A stretch of DNA of 64,000 nucleotides from Octopus bimaculoides. Taxonomy: Eukaryota. The stretch is from the NCBI RefSeq assembly GCF_001194135.2, contig NC_068982.1, positions 36,719,899 through 36,783,898 of the forward strand, in the 5' to 3' direction. Shown here piece by piece: positions 50,025-64,000 of this stretch (the stretch's first letter is position 1; each line of letters begins with the position of its first letter). The position numbers and the translations under genes are program-made. Under the pieces are notes generated by a model, which worked only from the letters and a program-made list of their open reading frames with translations, was not told the origin of the DNA and made no database searches.

Positions 50025-50628
50025 ATCTGTCTGTCTGTCTGCCTATCTGCGCGCGTGCGCACACACACACACACACACACAGAGTAAGTCTCTGTAGTGC
50101 TATTGTTTTTCTGTCTGTTGTATAAATGTATTACATCTTTGTGTATATCTTCATAATTATTTTCTTAGAAATGTGACTAGTTAGTATCTTTTAAGTTCAT
50201 ATCAATTTTATTACTTGGTATGAAATCTAAATAATGAAAGTTGTGTCATTTGTAGTTGATAATATTTTTGCATCAGTATGTCCCCATGGAGCTATAAAAT
50301 GACTAGTGTGCCTATAGTACTTCTTGTTTTCATTATTTATTCTTGATTATTTCTCTCTAAATACAGTTACCTATTTCATATATTTATTGTAATCTTTTAT
50401 TGAGGATTAATGTGGCTTTCAACTAAATCACTTCAACTATCAGTAGTAGTATACATCAACATACCTATTATCCATGATACAACATAAATCTCTCAGTAGC
50501 AAACATTTGATACTCTTAAGTCTGACTTTTATATTTTACTTCAACACTGTTTATCTTTCACTGTTTATCTTCTGAATCAACATTGCTTATCTCATGAAAA
50601 TACTTTTATTTTGTATTTTATACAAGTA

Positions 50629-51142
50629 CAGTTGATAATCCTTTTTATCTGGAATGTTTGGGACCAGATGTGTTTCAGTTTTTGTATTTGTTCAGTGTTC
50701 AGAATTGTATATTTGAAGCTATAAAATGAGACAACTTGGGTACAGGACCCAATCTAAATAAAGTTATCTGTTTATGTTTTATAAAATGGTATGTAAGTAT
50801 ATACATGTATACACAGTATGCACGCAAGCACAAGCACACACAAACACATGCATGTACACACACACACCATGAAAATAGTTCCATATAAATTTAGTACTTC
50901 CACAGGTATTGCATGTCATGTAACAGTTAGTTTCACTTTTCACCAAAACAAGCACCTAACACTTTCATATCAACTTGTCAACCTCATAAAACAGTTGCAT
51001 GTCAGTTTTGGTTTCATTTTATCTTGACATACAACACTCCTATAAGAGAAAATATTTTCCGAATACTTTCAGAAATTTTCCATTTGTGGCATTTTTCCCC
51101 ACTCAAAAAGTTTGGGATTTTCAGATAAAGGATTATCAACTG
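50629..51142. mobile_element. Tigger/pogo-type MITE
   Basis: TA-CAGTTGATAATCCTTT..ATCTG ... CAGATAAAGGATTATCAACTG-TA. Confidence 0.88.
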
Positions 51143-52239
51143 TACTAAGCTTCTTTTGCCTGTATTTCTATTTCACACAGTTTCATATTTCAACATGTTA
51201 TCTTATCCTGTTTTTAGGTACAGGCATAGCTGTGTAGTTAAGAGGTTCATTTCTCAACTACTAGGTTTCAGGTTCAATTTCACTGCATGGCACCTTGGGC
51301 AAATGTCTTCTGCTATATCCCTGCATTAATTTGGTAGATGGAAACTGAAAGTATCTCATCATATATATATGTATATCTTTCTTTGTATCTCTTTTTGTCT
51401 TGACATGACATGATAGTTATGAATGACCATCACTGTCATACAAGCAGTGTTATTCATTTCTCATCTTCTGTGAATACATGGCCAACATGGGGAAATATTA
51501 TTTTGCTTGGGAGCAGGTAAGGGATGGAGACTGAAAAGATATTTGATTATAGAAGAATCTAATGAATTTCATCTGACTCCTGCAAGCATGGAGAAATGGA
51601 TGTTAAAAAGGTGATGATGATGATATCCTATTGTGTTTCTATATGAAGAGGTTAACTTTGTTTTCATTGAACTGTTTAACTTCAGAGCTTTCCAACAAAT
51701 TTCAAAAATAATTTTTTCATTAGAAAATACATCAATTTGGACCTTTATAATTAATAGAAAATTGTATTATTTTCCATAATTAGTGACTGCTACATACAAG
51801 TCATATTCCTATTTATTTTTAATAACTTAGATTAGAATAATGTTCAGGTTAAAATAATGTTCTGTTTCTATTTCCTTTAGAAACACTGTTTTAAATTGTT
51901 TGGCTTGAATCTACTGATAGGTGCTCCAATTTATGTATGCATGCTTTTTCTGATAGATCTAACTCAAACATGCTGAGTTGAATTCGAATTCTTACACAGT
52001 TGCATAAAACATAACAAATATGGCAGCCGGTAACAGAGTTCTTAGTTTAGAGTGTATTGTTATTCACTTTGGTTGCATTCTTACATGCATATTGAAATAT
52101 GAGTGCATGCATTTGCATGCACAAGAAAAATTAACAGCNNNNNNNNNNNNNNNNNNNNNNNNNNNNNNNNNNNNNNNNNNNNNNNNNNNNNNNNNNNNNN
52201 NNNNNNNNNNNNNNNNNNNNNNNNNNNNNNNNNNNNNNA

Positions 52240-52748
52240 AGAGTAAATTTATTCAATAAAATTGCCATTGGCTTCAACCATGGCCTCCTTGTTTAAGTTG
52301 ATGAATGCTGCCATAATCTTTGTCCCCAGTTCATCTTTGGTGTTACAAGGAGATTTGTTGGTCTCTCGCACAGCTTGCACCTCACACATAATAATCAAGG
52401 GGGCTGCAGGCTGGAGAGTTAGGTGCCCAGAATTTAGGGGTGATGTGGTTGCAGAAATTGTTTGACAGCCATGCCTCCTCCAAGCACATGATGTAGGCAT
52501 AACATCATCATCATCACTAGTGATCACTCCAAACAGCATAATAACTGGATTTTAGCAATCTCAGTACATCTCCTCACATTGCACTGTCCTCAGATCGACA
52601 CCAAAACACTCTGAAATGTTCGTATTGGAGCTTCTGGTGTGAATGCCAAGCAGTACAGCATGTCATTTCCAAATTTCTGGAAGAGTAAATTGCATCATGG
52701 TGCTTTTTTTCTCGCAGACAGTGCCCAGTTGACCCTACTATACTATAT
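52240..52748 (-). mobile_element. Internally deleted Tc1/mariner element (maT/DD37D-like C-terminus)
   Basis: VRETNKSPCNTKDEL..KIMAAFINLNKE..EANGNFIE*. Confidence 0.7.
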
Positions 52749-52830
52749 AGTTGACAAAATCAAAAACAAACAATGCTAATGCATGAAATTATAAATTTGA
52801 AATGGCAACAATTTGCCCATCGCACCCTGC

Positions 52831-52882
<52 letters not shown>

Positions 52883-53654
52883 CCACACACTTTCATTAGT
52901 TCTGTCCACTAGTTTATGCAGTATTTTTATTAATATTCTTTTTGTCATTAATCTACTACAAAAGCAAATTTTTATGATGTTTCATTTCCATTTAGCTATC
53001 AGATATGCTTCCTATTCAATATATTTTCTGTGCTTCTATTCTCTTCTAACATGTACAATAACTTGCAGGAATTTATAAGTACTTTTGTCATTTTGTTGAT
53101 TTTTCTTATCTTAAATATATTCATTTTGCTTTAACTTCCTAAGTACAGTAGAACTTCTTTGTCATGTGTGTGTGTATGTTTATATAACATTACTGACATA
53201 CAAGCAGTATTATTTGCCATCTTCCATGAAAATGTGCAGCCATAGTGTTGGTCATGTTCAAAGTGACTAGGGGAAATATTTGCTTGAAAATGGGTGAGAC
53301 TTGCTGACAAAAAGGTCTTCTGGCAGCAAATGTTAATGTGATGATGGTATACACACACACACACACACACACTCTCCCTCTCTCTCCCTCCCTCTCTCTC
53401 CCCCTCTCTCTCCTCCTCTATCCCTCCCTCTCTGGTCAAAATAATACTGATGATGACAGTTCCTTCATTAAATTATTCTTAACAAAACTGTATAAAATTA
53501 TTTTACTTTTTACAGTTTATGTAGATATTTTTTCTCTTTCGAATGATATAGGCTTTATATATCTTTCTACAATTTGAATAATTTCATGTGTAATTAATTC
53601 AAATAATTAAAAATTGTTGGCAAAATAAGTTTAAGACCATACCAACATTATTTT

Positions 53655-54061
53655 AATACATACAGTTCTATATTTAAGAGATGAGGAATTATGTACATTA
53701 TTTACATTATTTACAATTGACAGATATTTGTCCTCATCTTGTTTGTTGTTAACACAACATTTCAGCTGATACACCCTCCAGCCTTCATCAGGTGTCTTGG
53801 GGAAATTTCTCATTCCTAAGGTATGTTATTATTATTATTATTATTCTGGTCACTGCCTGGAATCGAACTCGGAATCTTGACACTCTCAACCCCAAGATTC
53901 CAAGTTCGATTCCAGGCAGTGACCAGAATAATAATAATAATAACAATAACAACAGCAACATACCTTAGGAATGAGAAATTTCCCCAAGACACCTGATGAA
54001 GGCTGGAGGGTATATCAGCTGAAACGATGAGGACAAATATCCGTCAAATGTAAATAATGTA
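53655..54061. mobile_element. Head-to-head palindrome of a tRNA-headed, hammerhead-bearing short element, flanked by a 12-bp direct repeat
   Basis: Arms ~53688-53879 and 53893-54061 with a 13-bp spacer; B box GTTCGATTCC; CAACATTATTTT at 53643-53654 and 54062-54073. Confidence 0.85.
53751..53796 (-). ncRNA. Minimal type I hammerhead ribozyme motif
   Basis: GACAC-CTGATGA-A-GGCTG-GAGGGTGTAT-CAGCT-GAAAT-GTT-GTGTT: stem I GACAC/GTGTT, stem II GGCTG/CAGCT, near-palindromic AA(T)GTT stem III. Confidence 0.7.
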
Positions 54062-54099
54062 CAACATTATTTTGTTTAAATTGAAAATTTTCAGCACAA

Positions 54100-55013
<914 letters not shown>

Positions 55014-55082
55014 TGGGATCAGTGTGTGTGTGCATATACACATATATGTATGTATGTATGCATGCATGCAAGTATGTATGTA

Positions 55083-55126
<44 letters not shown>

Positions 55127-55129
55127 CGT

Positions 55130-55576
55130 TTGTGTGTATGTATTCTGCATATTCTTGTGTTTGTGTGTTTTTATGTGTGTGAGTACCTTTGTCTTCTTGT
55201 GTGTGCATGTCTGAATATGTCTCTGTGTATGGGTTTTTGTGACTATGTACTGTGTCTATGTATGGTTGTGTATCTCCATACGTGTGGATGTGTGTCTTCA
55301 TATGTGTCCTTGTGTGAAGTGAAGTGTGTATGTGTGCTTGTCTGTTCATATTACCTATGTGCCTATCCGTCTGTATGTCTGTTTACTTTCATATCCATTT
55401 ACCTACATACNNNNNNNNNNNNNNNNNNNNNNNNNNNNNNNNNNNNNNNNNNNNNNNNNNNNNNNNNNNNNNNNNNNNNNNNNNNNNNNNNNNNNNNNNN
55501 NNNNNNNNNNNNNNNNNNNNNNNNNNNNNNNNNNNNNNNNNNNNNNNNNNNNNNNNNNNNNNNNNNNNNNNNNNNN

Positions 55577-55608
<32 letters not shown>

Positions 55609-55900
55609 TGTATGTAGGCAAATGGATATGAAAGTAAACAGACATACAGACAGATAGGTACATAGGTAATATGAACAGACAAGCACACATACACACTTCA
55701 CTTCACACAAGGACACATATGGCGACACACATCCACGCAAATGAACATACAGACACAGTACATAGTCATAAAAACCCGTACACACACACACATAGACACA
55801 CTCAGACATGCACACACAAAGACAAAGATACATACACACAATCACATGAATATGCAGAATACATACATACAAATGTACACACACACATATACACACACAC
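55130..55900. repeat. Diverged ~280-bp inverted duplication around an N gap and (TA)n
   Basis: 55130-55410 mirrors 55610-55900. Confidence 0.8.
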
Positions 55901-55944
55901 ATACATGCATACACACACTTGCATACATATATGTATGCAATGTT

Positions 55945-56266
55945 TTCCCTCTTTCTCAAAGGCTGTCATTACTTTCGAGACAGTACTTCTTGATACACCA
56001 AACATTTCTGCTGTTTAAATTATGCTAGCACCTGCTATACAAGCACCAACAATTTGACTTCTTTGAAAGTCCGATAGATCTGTCATTTTAATGAATTTTA
56101 ATTACCTTTTTCGGATGATATCTGAAAAGAAACAGCAATTTTAGCAAAACATATTAAACAACACTAATAATAAATGAAAAATCAAAAATAAACAAGCCTT
56201 ATAGATATTTCAAAATTATGATGCTATGATGCTAGGTGTTTCCATTATTTTGTCCAACCCCTGTAT
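55945..56266 (-). mobile_element. Tc1 5' end with TIR and HTH remnant
   Basis: TA-CAGGGGTTGGACAAAATAATGGAAACA; MTDLSDFQRSQIVGA..MFGVSRSTVSKVMTAFEKEGK. Confidence 0.85.
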
Positions 56267-56829
56267 GTATATTTATATATGTGTTTGTGTGTACATTTTT
56301 CTCTTTATCTCGACATATTTGTGCTAATTGTAAATAACAGTCAGTGTTAATACAAATGGCATCAACTTGTCTGTACATCCCCATGAAGGGACATCTGGGG
56401 TGTTCATTGCTCAATAGATGAAGAATGACCTTATTCTGTGGAATAAAATGATATCCCATAGTTGAAAACAGGTAAGGGTTAGCGAAAAGAAGGGCATCTT
56501 GCAGTCAGAAATCCCACTCCTAATGAAATATAAATCCAAACCCAAGCCAGCATAGAAAAATGGATGCTAAATGAGTTAACAAATACATAAATGACAACTA
56601 AACACAGAAATAAAATAAAAGTGTGTGTAAATAAATGTAAACTTACTTTGGTGTGGCAGATTGTTCAGCATGCAGGGAGGAGAGAGAGGAGGAGAGAGAG
56701 GAGGAGAGAGAGGAGGATATTAATGAGAGGGGGAAGGAGAAGTGTTGTCTTCCTGGTCATCTTTTGTGCTGGTTCTTCAGTGGGAGTTCAACAATTCTGC
56801 TACAGTTGAAGTTTGCCTTATCTTCTTTG

Positions 56830-58260
56830 TAAAAAAATCACAACCAGGGTTCACTGTTTTAACTTGGATTTCTGTACTTTCCAAAAGTTGGACATCACTG
56901 TCTCATTGAAGTGATTCGGGCTCATCTCCGCAGCAGCTATGTCAGTGTGAAATTCCTTGGCCAGTTTAGAGATTTTATTCCAACAAGAGAACGATTCTCT
57001 AAGACACTCACTTGGAATAGTCTTCATTCTTACCAGTTTATAACCAGGAAACAGTGCAGTCTTTACACCTCTACTTCTTCTTTGCAAAACTGTACCAACA
57101 TCTCAGTGGTGAGTTCATTCCACGGCTCTGGCACCAACTCTTCAGTATTCTTGCATCCTCCTTCAGCCCCATGAAATTGCCCAGACAGACAATTTCTTGC
57201 ATTTCAGGTTCTTCTTTCACTTTCTCAAAGCCTTCAAAGTCTCTTGGAAGCACAGTTTCAGGCCACAATGGTCTCCAAGCAGCAGATAAACAACATACTG
57301 AAACCTCCATCCAAGATCATACAATCATTAGCACAGCATCAGCAATATTAAACTTACTTTTCCGAAATTCCTTCAGTGTCTCACCTCTGGAAGAAATGAT
57401 CCCAAAATATTTTCTAAAGAGCACCTTCATATATAGTGTTTTTTAAAATTGGAAATTATCTGCTACTCCAAGGGCTGGAAAAGAGAAGGTGTATTGAGAG
57501 GTAGGAATTGCACTGTTCTGGCAATGGGTCCATCAAATAATGAGAATGGACTGGGACATTACCCATGACTAAAAGGGCTTTGAGGGCAAGGTTATTGTCT
57601 CTGAGTTACTGGCACACAGTAGGATAAAACACCTCAGACATCCCTGGTCACCCAAGCATTTTGGTTCTACTGCCACAAAACATCAAGACAGTTCTTGAGA
57701 ATGTTCCTGAATGATCTGATCTGAGGAAGTTTTACCTTATATTCCAAGAAGTATCCACACAAAGAAGTAAGATTAGCCAGTCTTTCACCACTGAACTCTC
57801 AGCACTGAACTCTCCTTCTTCATGATATATGTGCTATGAAGCATCTTTTTCCCCAAAGCCCCCCCCCCCCATATTTCATCATAGTTGAACACCTTTTGTG
57901 AAACAGTCATTCTTCTTAAGGTTTTAAAACACAATGATCTAAAGACCATCAAATTGTTTGGCTTTTGCACAAATTATTGATTCACTTATACTATCACAAG
58001 CAATATCTTTCTTTAATCCATGCCAAAAGTAAATTTTCCATTTCTGCAATAGAGTTGTAATGAGATTTACTAAGTTTAGTTCTTCCCTTAGCCAGCTGAA
58101 AACTTTTTAATTTATACTTGTTTTTCAGTAGTATTGTGCAGACTGTTTATCTTGCTGTTGTATACTGCGAACTAAGTTTGTTAATACTTGTTCCATTTTC
58201 ATGTTTAGATATTTCCTTCTTAGTTTCTATGGTAACTGATTTTCTTACTCACTTCTGTCG
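56830..58260 (-). mobile_element. Tigger/pogo transposase remnant (CENP-B-type HTH, DDE, C-terminus)
   Basis: KHENGTSINKLSSQY..TVCTIL; QKVFNYDE..KKM..TYI.K.E; SAAWRPLWPETVLPRDFEGFE; DELTTE. Confidence 0.85.
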
Positions 58261-61200
58261 ATCCATTATGCTTTTAGGAAAAAAATAGAAATATTATTTT
58301 CTATATGGAATATGAAAATTTGCAAGCTATGTAAATACATACATATAAGTTAATGGACCATCTGTACATACTCTCCCAGCTACTTATATATGAGTGTAGT
58401 CTACTTGTGGCTATGCTCTCATGCATAGTCATGTTGTTTAAATTTGTACTAATTTTAAAGTCTGTTTTTAAACTATTTTTAAGCCATTTAAATTGATACA
58501 ACTTCTGCAATAGATTTTCTGCAAAAATATGAAAAGTTTGGTTGAGAAGAACACTTTAGATGAGTTTTTACTCTTCATTTTTGAAGTTTGGTCAGTTCAA
58601 GTTTTTCTAAGCGATAAACCTTTCTCTTTAAACTTCCAGCCATGACTCCATTTCAAAATTTTCAAAACAATTACTCATGTTATTTTAGAAATAAATTTTC
58701 AACATCAGTTATTCTATATTTGTTACTATTGTAAGAATATGTACATAAAAAGAAACAATTAATCATCCTTCATGAAGATATCAACACATGGTTCCTTCTC
58801 TGATAAACTTTTAAGAATTATTTTTTCTAGTAATTGTTTGTTGCTTTAAAATGAATAAATGTTACAATAAAAGATCACTAGTATTAAATTGTAAATGACA
58901 TGGACAACCTTCCGGTACCTTTTCAAGCACCTTGGTCCGCTTGGAAATTTATGAAACTGCTTCTTTTACCAATTGGGAACAGTGTTTTTTAATTGTAAAC
59001 TAATTTACATTTCCTGTTTTGTGTGTTTGACAACTTTTATTTTCTGGAATTGTGCAAAGTTTCTTGACATCAGTACATTTCAATATTGATTTCTTAACAC
59101 AAGCTCAGTTTTCATTTATTTATTTATTTGATGGTGGGTTATAGTAGATTATATGTACCTGAGTACTTGATTGGTACTTTATTTTACCAATCCTGGGTAG
59201 ATGAAAATCAGAGTTTACCTTGGTGAGATTTGAACTCAGAATTTAAAGGGCCATAATTACTTCAAAGTAAATGGCCAGCACTCTTCTGATTCTACTGATC
59301 TACTGCAATATCTAGATATTAAAGACATATATTCCTTACTATCTGAACAGAATTTCATTTTTAAAAATTAATGTGACAGTACTAATAACATCATTGACTG
59401 AAGCACTTCATACACTAGGCAAAGAAGCATTCTTTTGAAAAGAAAAATGGAAAATATTTTTTTAATGTTTTAACTTAGTTTCACTATGTGAATTTTTCAT
59501 TTTTATTTGTTCAGTTTCCTTAGAGCTAGGTTGAATCAGAATCCCCTTATGTACTAGCAATTTCTCATCCATTTTAATATCCGTGAAAGCAATAGTGCTT
59601 TCCTTGTCTTCAACAAAACCTCATGCAAGAACCTCCCAGTTAAGATGTCTGCCTTAGCGCTCTCTCTCTTATCCCACTAGGATTGGCGTTTCCTTACAGC
59701 ATTCATTACTGAGACTCTTTCTGTCTCACAGTCTATAAACTATAATTTGTTCTAAATCACAGTTACAGTTCTTGTGTTCTTCCTTCTGTATGTTAATTAC
59801 CTTCCTGCTGTTACTTTTAACAACACACATTCCTCTACAAGTAATATCACCTTTCAATCCTCTATTATAACCTTCCTAATCAGGGCCAGAAAATGCTTTA
59901 GTCTTGGACAGGTGATAACCTTTTACAAAGCACATATATGATTCTTATCAAAGTACTACTCAGTGGTACTGTTACATTAATATTCTAGACCACATTTTCC
60001 AAAAGTCAGAAGTTAGCTTAAGAGCATACTGTTTGAAGGTAATAGATAAAGTATGTTGAAAGCCTTTTAATGGCATTCATATGATTTCTAAACATCTTGA
60101 GGTCAATACAATATTTCTTATATTATGAAGGCAAATTTCTGTTCCAGCAACTAGTTCCTTTATGTAATCTTTGTTTATATTACTTAATAGAGATTATGCT
60201 GATTTCCTCTGAAGCAAGTTTTCACCATTCTATATAGCAATTGGTATTCATAAAATAAAAGAATCAATTACATTAACAGAACTGTCACAGTCATTTCCAT
60301 GTTAGGATTTGTTCAACAAGTCTAATCATATATGAGATCATTGTAACTATGTGATTTAGTAGCATAGCATTTCTTGTCCCTAAACATTGAATACCATGAA
60401 ATTACTGTCTTTAATGTTAGATATTTATAGGGAATGTGATTGAAGGTATAAAGGGTATCTGCAAAAGGGAGAAAATAAAGCATTGAATTTTCTTTCTATT
60501 GACACAAATGTTAATTCTCAACTCAGATCAATTTCTAGAATGATTAAAAAGTAAAAGAATTTAATCTTATAGTGTTAGGTAGAATGATTCCAAGTTAGGC
60601 ATTTGTGTGCTTATTGTAATAAAATATTTACAAACTACTGAGATTTTTTTGTAATGTGAGCAATTCAGTGAGATGTAAACAATGTTGGCCAAACTGTTGC
60701 TAAGTAAAAGAATTTTTTTAAAAAGTTATTTTGCTTTTATTAACGCCTGTCTTAATTAGTTATTGTGAACAAACCATGTAATTTGGGGAAATAAAGTAAA
60801 TATATATCACATTGTTAGCTTTTTAAAAGAATGCATATCTTGCTTTGTCAGTGGGTGTACAAAGAGAGTTAAATTGCTTAGTAGAAAGTGTATAGTAGAA
60901 TAGTTGAAACAAGTTTTTCCTTTCGACCACAGCTTTTTTTAGCATATTAGATGATTCATCAGATTTTCACATTTGCAACCAGATGTATTTCTTAATGATA
61001 AACTCAACTATCAATTATGAATAGTGTCTAATTTTCAATTATATGAAGCAATACTTTGCTGTTGGTCACTAAATAATTCAACAGGAAATATATTGCTTGC
61101 TTTTGTTGACACAGCTGAAAAATATTCCATTTCCATTACATGCTTGATTAATATCAGAAAAAAAAATCATTTACTGTCAGTATAGACAAATCAATCTCAT

Positions 61201-62649
61201 TCACTTTTATCTTTTCTTTTGCATAACTATATTCAATTCCATTTTTTCCCCATTTAATTTCCATTATCTTTTCTTCGGAAGAATTTTTTTAGATGGTATT
61301 TTAGCTTGAGCCTATTTCTAACATGGATAATTGAATTTCTTCTGCTATGGAAGATCTATTATGTAGTTAAAATGTACATGATGACTTTGGAACTTAATCT
61401 AATGTATTTCAAAAACTGACTTTAGGTTTGTTTCCCCACCCACCCTGGAGAAGTCTTTTATGGAATTTGTGATTAGAGCAGTTTATCAATTGTTTCTACA
61501 AAACATCATTTGTTTATTTTGGTCAAGTTCTTTATCTTTCATCTTTCACTTGTTTCAGTCATTTAGACTGTGGCCATGCTAACTTCATCTTTAATGGTTT
61601 TTATGTAATATATACTTTTTCTTATTTAAACTAAATGTAAATTTTGGTTACTTTTTCAAACTTTTAAAAAATTACTTATTCTTTCACTAATTTTAGTCTC
61701 TGGACTCTGGCCAAGCTGAAGTACTACTTTCTACATCAGTTATCAACAGTCTCTTTTTGTAAAGGCTCATTTTAAACTTTTTCACATTCAACCATGGACC
61801 ACATCCTATATATGGACATATCTTTATGTCTCTCCCTTTTCATGAAAAGACTCTCTAAAAGCCCTAATACATTAAATTTGAAAATTTTTTTAGAAAAGGC
61901 TTGAGGCTCATAGAAAACAGTTCCATCACTTGTCAGTGTGTTGTGGCCTACCAGTTACTAACCTCTGTTTTTGGATATTGTCGACTGCATCATCATTCCC
62001 AGTGTTGTTTTATTGAGTGAGAAGCATGAAAGACAAAGTTGCTTTGGAATAAAGAAGTTGAAGATATTTTTTTGTTCTTTAAGTACCAGTATTAGCTCAT
62101 AGTTCTGTATTTTGCTTTCCAAGATTCATATGGGATTTTAAAGTTATGTGTCAGTAATAAAATCAAATTAATAAAAAAAAAATTATACAAAAGAAACTCA
62201 TAAGAATTTCCCCCCCAAGGATGCATTATTTTTAAATTGCATACATTTTAAAAATAAACAAAGCATATTTAATATAATTGATCATTGACAGTGTGAAAAT
62301 TTTGTTTCAGTATTCATTACTTTGTTTGTAGTTTAGCCACTTTGATCACACATCTGATTGAGCAAGATGTATGATCAACAGTATTCCATCTGTGGCCATT
62401 GCATCATTTTCTTTTCAGACATAATATATTTTGGATTACCTATTTTTAGTGGGTCAAGTAACAATGTAGAGACTTAAATGTTGGGTTGATATTCATTATA
62501 TTGCAAGACTTGATCCATCAGTTTGCAACCTCTGTGATTGCACCTCTTAAGTGCACTCTTTGCTGTCAATGATAATGTATTAGCTTCTTATTTAAACAAG
62601 TAATCTAATGCAAGAAGTACATTTTGATGCTTTTAACATTTCAGTGACT

Positions 62650-62950
62650 ATACCTGATGAACCCACATCTTTCTTTTGTCATTTCCTTGATTGCCTTGCT
62701 AACCTCAGTAAGTTTAATTTGGGGTACATTTTTTGCTGTGGTGTTGATACTCTTCATTAAGAAACATTTCATAATCATACTTTCATGCTTCTTCCTCTTC
62801 TCTGACACATGCCTAAGAATACTCTCCTTCCAATCTGAAGCACTTGAAGCTTTTGATCCTCATCATAGCAAATCTCTTACTAACATCATATTTATAAGAA
62901 AACCTGTGTCTGCTTTCAACTTGTCTTTCTAAGCCTGCTGCTGAACATTC
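62650..62950 (-). mobile_element. RTE LINE fragment (pre-RT region)
   Basis: VPQIKLTEVSKAIKEM; YEMFLNEE. Confidence 0.55.
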
Positions 62951-62959
62951 ATAACCTTA

Positions 62960-63600
62960 TCCACACTCTGTTCCATTGCTATGGTACCTGGGTAATGATC
63001 TTGTTCCATCCAAGGAACTAGTCAGAGACTTGAAGCAGGTTTCCTTTTGGAATGCTATTCTATCATTTAATTTTTTTTTAATTGAAGAGTAAAAGTACCC
63101 TTGATTTTTGCAAAACTTCCCAGACTCATGATATTTGATGTAGCTGATAATCAGTTTGAACATTTGTAAGTCAATGTCTGAAGAAAAGATATTGAAGGAG
63201 TTTAGTAGAATTCCAGATTGCAATTTGAGGAAGAAAAGATTATACAGTGTTTTGTAGAGGATCTCAGTAGGATTTCAAGAGTAAAAGAGATGGATGGTCT
63301 AGGTAGATGGCTATGTAGTAGCCAGCTAGTATAGAAGAGTAGAGATCATTATAGTTGTATTAGATGAGACAGAGAGCGGAAACGATATGGCTGTGAAGTA
63401 GTGCTTAAAACATGTTTGCTCCATGCATTTGAGCATTGCAAAGAGTTAGTAATCGATTTGGATGACATATCTGAGAAGAATCATAGTCTTTATGATGCAG
63501 TGTTGTTATATTGGTGGCATCGCTAAGAGAGATCACCATAAATTGTGATGCTTAGCATTTGTAACAACTTTGAGGATTTGAATTGTGTCTTGATCATAAT
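62960..63600 (-). mobile_element. Highly decayed CR1/L2-like RT fragment
   Basis: Broken motifs LKCMEQ..FKH, IAIYLD, FLKLQSGI and LGWNKII. Confidence 0.4.
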
Positions 63601-64000
63601 GTGAATGAGATACAAAACTGTTTTGTTGGAGCTTTGGATTTCCATTGTTCATAAAGGTAGTGCAAAGTCAGTCTGAAGTGTTTAGGTTGTATGCAGAAGG
63701 TTGAGGAGAAGTGAAGAATGGTATTAACTATATTACTACACAAAGCTTGCTTCACTGTCTTAGAAAGAAAATCTCACTAAGTTCACAATAGAGAACATTC
63801 TTTCTTTATAAAGCTTCCCAATAATTCAATATTGAGTGGATTTTAGAAACTGTAAAGTTCTTCATATATATTTTATTTTGCTGATTACAGTGCACAGTCA
63901 TATAGTACAGGTACTGATAAAATTATATTCAGTAAATTTTTCAAAACTAGGCAATTTGCCAATGGGTTTATGATAAGTTTTTAAGTTAATGCAAATTACT

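Noticed and set aside
56591-56809. Arg/Glu-repeat ORF (RRERRRERR)
   Set aside because: It derives from a (GAGAGGAG)n purine repeat.

Overview
Eukaryotic, very AT-rich, repeat-saturated genomic DNA with several N gaps. The repeat landscape (two tRNA-derived SINE families, RTE/CR1 LINEs, Penelope, Tc1/mariner, pogo/Tigger, Helitron, Gypsy, dense microsatellites) suggests an octopus or other coleoid scaffold; this is an inference. No intact long gene, rRNA, tRNA gene or CRISPR is visible. Most listed ORFs are microsatellite artefacts or transposon debris. Host-gene signal is limited to short candidate exons with strong splice sites: a minus-strand gene in the left 16 kb and a plus-strand gene from about 16.8 kb, arranged head-to-head and neither identified. 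The most striking unexplained structure is a set of minimal hammerhead-ribozyme motifs (CTGANGA...GAAAC...GTH) in about six unrelated Penelope-like or SINE-like repeats, several of them folded into long palindromes. One is a tRNA-headed, hammerhead-bearing element inserted as a 400-bp palindrome between 12-bp direct repeats. Coordinates were counted by hand; repeat boundaries are approximate.
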